A DNA stretch of 64,000 bases from the human T2T-CHM13v2.0 reference genome, Homo sapiens. Where the stretch lies: the NCBI RefSeq assembly GCF_009914755.1, contig NC_060947.1; one strand, 5' to 3'. A program made the position numbers and the translations under genes. The notes beneath the pieces were generated by a model, which searched no databases, was not told the origin of the DNA, and saw nothing but the letters and a program-made list of their open reading frames with translations. Every line of letters begins with the position of its first letter. The stretch's first letter is position 1. Below, one piece after another: positions 52,101 to 62,100 of the stretch.

Positions 52101-55100
52101 TCCAAATCTCCACTTGCAGATTCTACAAAAAGAGTGTTTGCAAACTGCTCTATCAAAAGGAATGTTCAACTCTGGGAGTTGAATGCAATCATCACAGAGC
52201 AGTTTCTGAGAATGCTTCTATGTCGTTTTTAGAAGATATTTCCTTTTCCAACACAGTCCTCCAAGCCCGCTAAATAGCCACTTGCACATTGTAGAAAAAG
52301 TGTGTCAAAGCTGCGCTATCAAAGGGAAAGTTCAACTCTGTGAGGTGAATGCAAACATCCCAAAGAAGTTTCTGAGAATGCTTCCGTTTAGCTTTTAGGT
52401 GAAGATTATCCCGTTTCCAACGAAACCTTCAAAGAGGTCCAAATATCCCCTTGCGGATCCCACAGAAAGAGTGTTTCGAAACTGTTGTTTCAAAAGGAAT
52501 CTTCAACTCTGTGAGTTGAATGCAATCATCACAAAGAAGTTTCTGACAATGCTTCTCTCTCGTCTTTCTGTGAAGATAAAGGAAAAGGCTTTCAGGCCTT
52601 TGCCACCACAGGCCTGAAAGCGCTCCAAATGTCCACTTGCAGATTCTGCGAAAAGAATATTTCAAAACTGCTCTATGAAAAGCAATGTTAAACTCTGTGG
52701 CTGGAACACAAACATCACAAAGCGGTTTCTGAGAATGCTTCAGTTTAGTTTTTCTGTGGAAATATTCCCGTTTCCAAAGAAATCTTCAAAGAGGTCCACG
52801 TATCCACTTACAGATTCTACAAAAAGACAGTTTCAAAACTGCTCCATCAAAAGGAGGGTTCAACCGTGTGACTTGAATGCAATCATCACTCAGAAGTTTC
52901 TGAGAATGCTTCTCTTTAGTTTTTACGTGAACATATACGCGTTTCGAACGAAGGCCAGCCAGTGGTCCAAATATCCACTTGCAGATTCTACAGAAAGAGT
53001 GTTTCGAACATGAACTCTCAAAGGCAGGTTCATCTCTGCGAGTTGAATGCATTCATCATGAAGAACTTTCTCAGAGTGTTTGTGTTTAGTTATGGGAAAT
53101 TATTCCCGTTTCCAACGAAATCCTCAGAGAGCTCCAAATATCCACCTGCAGATTCTACCAAAAGTGTATTTGGAAACTGCTCCATCAAAAGGCATGTTCA
53201 GCTCTGTGAGTGAAACTCCATCATCACAAAGAATATTCTGAGAATGCTTCCGTTTGCCTTTTATATGAACTTCCTTCCTGTACTACCGTAGGCCTCAAAG
53301 CAGTCCAAATCTCCATTTGCAGATTCTACAAAAAGAGTGATTCCAATCTGCTCTATCAATAGGATTGTTCAACTCCATGAGTTGAATGCCATCCTCACAA
53401 AGTAGTTTCTGAGAATGCTTCTATCTGGTTTTTGTGTGAAGATATTTCCTTTTCCACCACAGGCCTCAAAGCCCTCCAAACGTCCACTTGCAGATTCTCG
53501 AAAAAGAGTGTTTCATAGCTGCTCTTTCAAAAGGAAAGTTCAACTCTGTGAGTTGAATACAAACATCACAAAATAGTTTCCGAGAATGCTTCCGTTTAGT
53601 TCTTATGTGAAGATGATCCCGTTTCCAGTGAAATCTTCAAAGAGGTCCACATATCCCCTTGCAGATTCCAAAGAAAGAGGGTTTCAAAACTGCTCCATCA
53701 AAAGGATTGTTCAACTCTGTGAGTTGAATGCAGTCATCGCAGAAAACTTTCTGAGAATGCTTCTGTCTAGGTTTGATGTGAAGATATAGACGTTTCAAAC
53801 GAAGGCTACAAAGTGGTCAAAATATACACTTGCAGATTCTACTACAAGGGTGTTGCAAACCTGAACTATCAAAGGAAGGTTCAACTCTGTGGGTTGAATA
53901 CAAACATCACAAAGAATGTTCTGAGTTTGCTTCCGTTCAGTTATGGGAAGTTGATCCCCTTCCCAACGAAATCCTCAGAGAGGTCCAAATATCCCCTTGC
54001 AGATTCTACAAAACGTGTGTTTGGAAACTGCTCCATCATAACGAATGTTCAGCTCTCTGAGTTAAACTCCATCGTCACAAAGAATTTTCTGAGAGTGCTA
54101 CCGTCTAGTTTTTATATGAAGTTCTTTCCTTTACTACCACAGGCCTCAAAGCGGTCCAAATCTCCACTTGCAGATTCTACAAAAAGAGTGTCTGCAAACT
54201 GCTCTATCAAAAGGAATGTTCAACTCTGGGAGTTGAATGCAATCATCACAGAGCAGTTTCTGAGAAGGCTTCTATGTCGTTTTTAGGAGAAGATATTTCC
54301 TTTTCCAACACAGTCCTCCAAGCCCGCTAAATAGCCACTTGCACATTGTAGAAAAAGTGTGTCGAAGCTGCGCTATCAAAGGGAAAGTTCAACTCTGTGA
54401 GGTGAATGCAAACATCCCAAAGAAGTTTCTGAGAATGCTTCCGTTTAGCTTTTAGGTGAAGATTATCCCGTTTCCAACGAAAGCTTCAAAGAGGTCCAAA
54501 TATCCCCTTGCGGATCCCACAGAAAGAGTGTTTCGAAACTGCTGTTTCAAAAGGAATCTTCAACTCTGTGAGTTGAATGCAATCATCACAAAGAAGTTTC
54601 TGACAATGCTTCTCTCTCGTCTTTCTGTGAAGATAAAGGAAATGGCTTTCAGGTCTTTTCCACCACAGGCCTGAAAGCGCTCCAAATGTCCACTTGCAGA
54701 TTCTGCCAAAAGAATATTTCAAAACTGCTCTATGAAAAGCAATGTTAAACTCTGCGGCTCGAACACAAACATCACAAAACAGTTTCTGAGAATGCTTCAG
54801 TTTAGTTTTTCTGTGGAAATATTCCCGTTTCCAAAGAAATCTTCAAAGAGGTCCACGTATCCACTTACAGATTCTACAAAAAGACAGTTTCAAAACTGCT
54901 CAATCAAAAGGAGGGTTCAACTGTGTGACTTGAATGCAATCATCACTCAGAAGTTTCTGAGAATGCTTCTCTTTAGTTTTTACGTGAACATATACCCGTT
55001 TCGAACGAAGGCCACCCAGTGGTCCAAATATCCACTTGCAGATTCTACAGAAAGAGTGTTTCGAACCTGAACTCTCAAAGGCAGGTTCATCTCTGCGAGT

Positions 55101-56100
55101 TAAATGCATTCGTCATGAAGAACTTTCTCAGCGTGTTTGTGTTTAGTTATGGGAAATTATTCCCGTTCCCAAAGAAATCCTCAGAGAGGTCCAAATGTCC
55201 ACCTGCAGATTCTACCAAAAGTGTATTTGGAAACTGCTCCATCAACAGGCATGTTCAGCTCTGTGAGTGAAACTCCATCATCACAAAGAATATTCTGAGA
55301 ATGCTTCCGTTTGCCTTTTATATGAAGTTCCTTCCTATACGACCGTAGGCCTCAAAGCAGTCCAAATCTCCATTTGCAGATTCTACAAAAAGAGTGATTC
55401 CAATACAAAAAGAGTGATTCCAATCTGCTCTATCAATAGGATTGTTCAACTCCATGAGTTGAATGCCATCCTCACAAAGTCGTTTCTGAGAATGCTTCTA
55501 TCTAGTTTTTATGTGAAGATATTTCCTTTTCCACCACAGGCCTCAAAGCCCTCCAAACGTCCACTTGCAGATTCTCGAAAAAGAGTGTTTCATAGCTGCT
55601 CTTTCAAAAGGAAAGTTCAACTCTGGGAGTTGAATACAAACATCACAAAGTAGTTTCCGAGAATGCTTCTGTTTAGTTCTTATGTGAAGATGATCCCGTT
55701 TCCAGTGAAATCTTCAAAGAGGTCCACATATCCCCTTGCAGATTCCAAAGAAAGAGGGTTTCAAAACTGCTCCATCAAAAGGATTGTTCAACACTGTGAG
55801 TTGAATGCAGTCATCGCAGAAAACTTTCTGAGAATGCTTCTGTCTAGGTTTGATGTGAAGTTATAGACGTTTAAAACGAAGGCTACAAAGTGGTCAAAAT
55901 ATACACTTACAGATTCTACTACAAGGGTGTTGCAAACCTGAACTATCAAAGGAAGGTTCAACTCTGTGGGTTGAATACAAACATCGCAAAGAATGTTCTG
56001 AGTTTGCTTCCGTTCAGTTATGGGAAGTTGATCCCGTTTACAACGAAATCCTCAGAGAGGTCCAAATATCCCCTTCCAGATTCTTCAAAACGTGTGTTTG
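34190..56100. repeat. Four-HOR super-repeat, period 8225 bp, about three copies (third truncated)
   Basis: Anchors 35082/43307/51532; 3-bp deletion at about 35782/44007/52232; AAGCTT at 38031/46256/54481; many shared SNVs. Boundaries approximate. Confidence 0.92.
55384..55423 (+). repeat. Private 20-bp tandem duplication (TACAAAAAGAGTGATTCCAA x2) giving a 2077-bp HOR
   Basis: Directly visible at 55384-55403 and 55404-55423; anchor spacing 53586 to 55663 is 2077. Confidence 0.96.
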
Positions 56101-59100
56101 GAAACTGCTCCATCATAACGAATGTTCAGCTCCCTGAGTTAAACTCCATCGTCACAAAGAATTTTCTGAGAGTGCTACCGTATGGTTTTTATATGAAGTT
56201 CTTTCCTTCACTACCACAGGCCTCAAAGCGGTCCAAGTCTCCACTTGCAGATTCTACAAAAAGAGTGTTTGCAAACTGCTCTATCAAAAGGAATGTTCAA
56301 CTCTGGGAGTTGAATGCAATCATCACAGAGCAGTTTCTGAGAATGCTTCTATGTCGTTTTTAGGAGAAGATATTTCCTTTTCCAACACAATCCTCCAAGC
56401 CCGCTAAATAGCCACTTGCACATTGTAGAAAAAGTGTGTCAAAGCTGCGCTATCAAAGGGAAAGTTCAACTCTGTGAGGTGAATGCAAACATCCCAAAGA
56501 AGTTTCTGAGAATGCTTCCGTTTAGCTTTTAGGTGAAGATTATCCCGTTTCCAACGAAACCTTCAAAGAGGTCCAAATATCCCCTTGCGGATCCCACAGA
56601 AAGAGTGTTTCGAAACTGCTGTTTCAAAAGGAATCTTCAACTCTGTGAGTTGAATGCAATCATCACAAAGAAGTTTCTGACAATGCTTCTCTCTCGTCTT
56701 TCTGTGAAAATAAAGGAAAAGGCTTTCAGGCCTTTTCCACCACAGGCCTGAAAGCGCTCCAAATGTCCACTTGCAGATTCTGCCAAAAGAATATTTCAAA
56801 ACTGCTCTATGAAAAGCAATGTTAAACTCTGTGGCTCGAACACAAACATCACAAAGCAGTTTCTGAGAATGCTTCAGTTTAGTTTTTCTGTGGAAATATT
56901 CCCGTTTCCAAAGAAATCTTCAAAGAGGTCCACGTATCCACTTACAGATTCTACAAAAAGACAGTTTCAAAACTGCTCCATCAAAAGGAGGGTTCAACTG
57001 TGTGACTTGAATGCAATCATCACTCAGAAGTTTCTGAGAATGCTTCTCTTTAGTTTTTACGTGAACATATACCCGTTTCGAACGAAGGCCACCCAGTGGT
57101 CCAAATATCCACTTGCAGATTATACAGAAAGAGTGTTTCGAACCTGAACTCTCAAAGGCAGGTTCATCTCTGCGAGTTAAATGCATTCATCATGAAGAAC
57201 TTTCTCAGAGTGTTTGTGTTTAGTTATGGGAAATTATTCCCGTTTCCAACGAAATCCTCAGAGAGCTCCAAATATCCACCTGCAGATTCTACCAAAAGTG
57301 TATTTGGAAACTGCTCCATCAAAAGGCATGTTCAGCTCTGTGAGTGAAACTCCATCATCACAAAGAATATTCTGAGAATGCTTCCGTTTGCCTTTTATCT
57401 GAAGTTCCTTCCTATACGACCGTAGGCCTCAAAGCAGTCCAAATCTCCATTTGCAGATTCTACAAAAAGAGTGATTCCAATCTGCTCTATCAATAGGATT
57501 GTTCAACTCCATGAGTTGAATGCCATCCTCACAAAGTCGTTTCTGAGAATGCTTCTATCTAGTTTTTATGTGAAGATATTTCCTTTTCCACCACAGGCCT
57601 CAAAGCCCTCCAAACGTCCACTTGCAGATTCTCGAAAAAGAGTGTTTCATAGCTGCTCTTTCAAAAGGAAAGTTCAACTCTGGGAGTTGAATACAAACAT
57701 CACAAAGTAGTTTCCGAGAATGCTTCTGTTTAGTTTTTATGTGAAGATGATCCCGTTTCCAGTGAAATCTTCAAAGAGGTCCACATATCCCCTTGCAGAT
57801 TCCAAAGAAAGAGGGTTTCAAAACTGCTCCATCAGAAGGATTGTTCAACTCTGTGAGTTGAATGCAGTCATCGCAGAAAACTTTCTGAGAATGCTTCTGT
57901 CTAGGTTTGATGTGAAGATATAGACGTTTCAAATGAAGGCTACAAAGTGGTCAAAATATACACTTGCAGATTCTACTACAAGGGTGTTGCAAACCTGAAC
58001 TATCAAAGGAAGGTTCAACTCTGTGAGTTGAATACAAACATCACAAAGAATGTTCTGAGTTTGCTTCCGTTCAGTTATGGGAAGCTGATCCCGTTTCCAA
58101 CGAAATCCTCAGAGAGGTCCAAATATCCCCTTGCAGATTCTACAAAACGTGTGTTTGGAAACTGCTCCATCATAACGAATGTTCAGCTCCCTGAGTTAAA
58201 CTCCATCGTCACAAAGAATTTTCTGAGAGTGCTACCGTATGGTTTTTATATGAAGTTCTTTCCTTCACTACCACTGGCCTCAAAGCGGTCCAAATCTCCA
58301 CTTGCAGATTCTACAAAAAGAGTGTTTGCAAACTGCTCTATCAAAAGGAATGTTCAACTCTGGGAGTTGAATGCAATCATCACAGAGCAGTTTCTGAGAA
58401 TGCTTCTATGTCGTTTTTAGGAGAAGATATTTCCTTTTCCAACACAGTCCTCCAAGTCCGCTAAATAGCCACTTGCACATTGTAGAAAAAGTGTGTCAAA
58501 GCTGGGCTATCAAAGGGAAAGTTCAACTCTGAGAGGTGAATGCAAACATCCCAAAGAAGTTTCTGAGAGTGCTTCCGTTTAGCTTTTAGGTGAAGATTAT
58601 CCCGTTTCCAACGAAACCTTCAAAGAAGTCCAAATATCCCCTTGCGGATCCCACAGAAAGAGTGTTTCGAAACTGCTGTTTCAAAAGGAATCTTCAACTC
58701 TGTGAGTTGAATGCAATCATCACAAAGAAGTTTCTGACAATGCTTCTCTCTCGTCTTTCTGTGAAGATAAATAAATGCTTTCAGGCCTTTGCCACCACAG
58801 GCCTGAAAGCGCTCCAAATGTCCACTTGCAGATTCTGCGAAAAGAATATTTCAAAACTGCTTTGTGAAAAGCAATGTTAAACTCTGTGGCTCGAACACAA
58901 ACATCACAAAGCGGTTTCTGAGAATGCTTCAGTTTAGTTTTTCTGTGGAAATATTCCCGTTTCCAAAGAAATCTTCAAAGAGGTCCACGTATCCACTTAC
59001 AGATTCTACAAAAAGACAGTTTCAAAACTGCTCCATCAAAAGGAGGGTTCAACTGTGTGACTTGAATGCAATCATCACTCAGAAGTTTCTGAGAATGCTT

Positions 59101-62100
59101 CTCTTTAGTTTTTACGTGAACATATACCCGTTTCGAACGAAGGCCACCCAGTGGTCCAAATATCCACTTGCAGATTCTACAGAAAGAGTGTTTCGAACCT
59201 GAACTCTCAAAGGCAGGTTCATCTCTGTGAGTTAAATGCATTCATCATGAAGAACTTTCTCAGAGTGTTTGTGTTTAGTTATGGGAAATTATTCCCGTTT
59301 CCAACGAAATCCTCAGAGAGCTCCAAATATCCACCTGCAGATTCTACCAAAAGTGTATTTGGAAACTGCTCCATCAAAAGGCATGTTCAGCTCTGTGAGT
59401 GAAACTCCATCATCACAAAGAATATTCTGAGAATGCTTCCGTTTGCCTTTTATCTGAAGTTCCTTCCTATACGACCGTAGGCCTCAAAGCAGTCCAAATC
59501 TCCATTTGCAGATTCTACAAAAAGAGTGATTCCAATCTGCTCTATCAATAGGATTGTTCAACTCCATGAGTTGAATGCCATCCTCACAAAGTCGTTTCTG
59601 AGAATGCTTCTATCTAGTTTTTATGTGAAGATATTTCCTTTTCCACCACAGGCCTCAAAGCCCTCCAAACGTCCACTTGCAGATTCTCGAAAAAGAGTGT
59701 TTCATAGCTGCTCTTTCAAAAGGAAAGTTCAACTCTGGGAGTTGAATACAAACATCACAAAGTAGTTTCCGAGAATGCTTCTGTTTAGTTTTTATGTGAA
59801 GATGATCCCGTTTCCAGTGAAATCTTCAAAGAGGTCCACATATCCCCTTGCAGATTCCAAAGAAAGAGGGTTTCAAAACTGCTCCATCAGAAGGATTGTT
59901 CAACTCTGTGAGTTGAATGCAGTCATCGCAGAAAACTTTCTGAGAATGCTTCTGTCTAGGTTTGATGTGAAGATATAGACGTTTCAAATGAAGGCTACAA
60001 AGTGGTCAAAATATACACTTGCAGATTCTACTACAAGGGTGTTGCAAACCTGAACTATCAAAGGAAGGTTCAACTCTGTGAGTTGAATACAAACATCACA
60101 AAGAATGTTCTGAGTTTGCTTCCGTTCAGTTATGGGAAGCTGATCCCGTTTCCAACGAAATCCTCAGAGAGGCCCAAATATCCCCTTGCAGATTCTACAA
60201 AACGTGTGTTTGGAAACTGCTCCATCATAACGAATGTTCAGCTCCCTGAGTTAAACTCCATCGTCACAAAGAATTTTCTGAGAGTGCTACCGTCTGGTTT
60301 TTATATGAAGTTCTTTCCTTCACTACCACTGGCCTCAAAGCGGTCCAAATCTCCACTTGCAGATTGTACAAAAAGAGTGTTTGCAAACTGCTCTATCAAA
60401 AGGAATGTTCAACTCTGGGAGTTGAATGCAATCATCACAGAGCAGTTTCTGAGAATGCTTCTATGTCGTTTTTAGGAGAAGATATTTCCTTTTCCAACAC
60501 AGTCCTCCAAGCCCGCTAAATAGCCACTTGCACATTGTAGAAAAAGTGTGTCAAAGCTGCGCTATCAAAGGGAAAGTTCAACTCTGTGAGGTGAATGCAA
60601 ACATCCCAAAGAAGTTTCTGAGAATGCTTCCGTTTAGCTTTTAGGTGAAGATTATCCCGTTTCCAACGAAACCTTCAAAGAGGTCCAAATATCCCCTTGC
60701 GGATCCCACAGAAAGAGTGTTTCGAAACTGCTGTTTCAAAAGGAATCTTCAACTCTGTGAGTTGAATGCAATCATCACAAAGAAGTTTCTGACAATGCTT
60801 CTCTCTCGTCTTTCTGTGAAGATAAAGGAAAAGGCTTTCAGGCCTTTTCCACCACAGGCCTGAAAGCGCTCCAAATGTCCACTTGCAGATTCTGCGAAAA
60901 GAATATTTCAAAACTGCTCTATGAAAAGCAATGTTAAACTCTGTGGCTCGAACACAAACATCACAAAGCAGTTTCTGAGAATGCTTCAGTTTAGTTTTTC
61001 TGTGGAAATATTCCCGTTTCCAAAGAAATCTTCAAAGAGGTCCACGTATCCACTTACAGATTCTACAAAAAGACAGTTTCAAAACTGCTCCATCAAAAGG
61101 AGGGTTCAACTGTGTGACTTGAATGCAATCATCACTCAGAAGTTTCTGAGAATGCTTCTCTTTAGTTTTTACGTGAACATATACCCGTTTCGAACGAAGG
61201 CCACCCAGTGGTCCAAATATCCACTTGCAGATTCTACAGAAAGAGTGTTTCGAACCTGAACTCTCAAAGGCAGGTTCATCTCTGCGAGTTAAATGCATTC
61301 ATCATGAAGAACTTTCTCAGAGTGTTTGTGTTTAGTTATGGGAAATTATTCCCGTTTCCAACGAAATCCTCAGAGAGCTCCAAATATCCACCTGCAGATT
61401 CTACCAAAAGTGTATTTGGAAACTGCTCCATCAAAAGGCATGTTCAGCTCTGTGAGTGAAACTCCATCATCACAAAGAATATTCTGAGAATGCTTCCGTT
61501 TGCCTTTTATCTGAAGTTCCTTCCTATACGACCGTAGGCCTCAAAGCAGTCCAAATCTCCATTTGCAGATTCTACAAAAAGAGTGATTCCAATCTGCTCT
61601 ATCAATAGGATTGTTCAACTCCATGAGTTGAATGCCATCCTCACAAAGTCGTTTCTGAGAATGCTTCTATCTAGTTTTTATGTGAAGATATTTCCTTTTC
61701 CACCACAGGCCTCAAAGCCCTCCAAACGTCCACTTGCAGATTCTCGAAAAAGAGTGTTTCATAGCTGCTCTTTCAAAAGGAAAGTTCAACTCTGGGAGTT
61801 GAATACAAACATCACAAAGTAGTTTCCGAGAATGCTTCTGTTTAGTTTTTATGTGAAGATGATCCCGTTTCCAGTGAAATCTTCAAAGAGGTCCACATAT
61901 CCCCTTGCAGATTCCAAAGAAAGAGGGTTTCAAAACTGCTCCATCAGAAGGATTGTTCAACTCTGTGAGTTGAATGCAGTCATCGCAGAAAACTTTCTGA
62001 GAATGCTTCTGTCTAGGTTTGATGTGAAGATATAGACGTTTCAAATGAAGGCTACAAAGTGGTCAAAATATACACTTGCAGATTCTACTACAAGGGTGTT

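Noticed and set aside
55267-55653. Unique 128-aa ORF
   Set aside because: Produced by the frameshift from the 20-bp duplication; not evidence of a gene.
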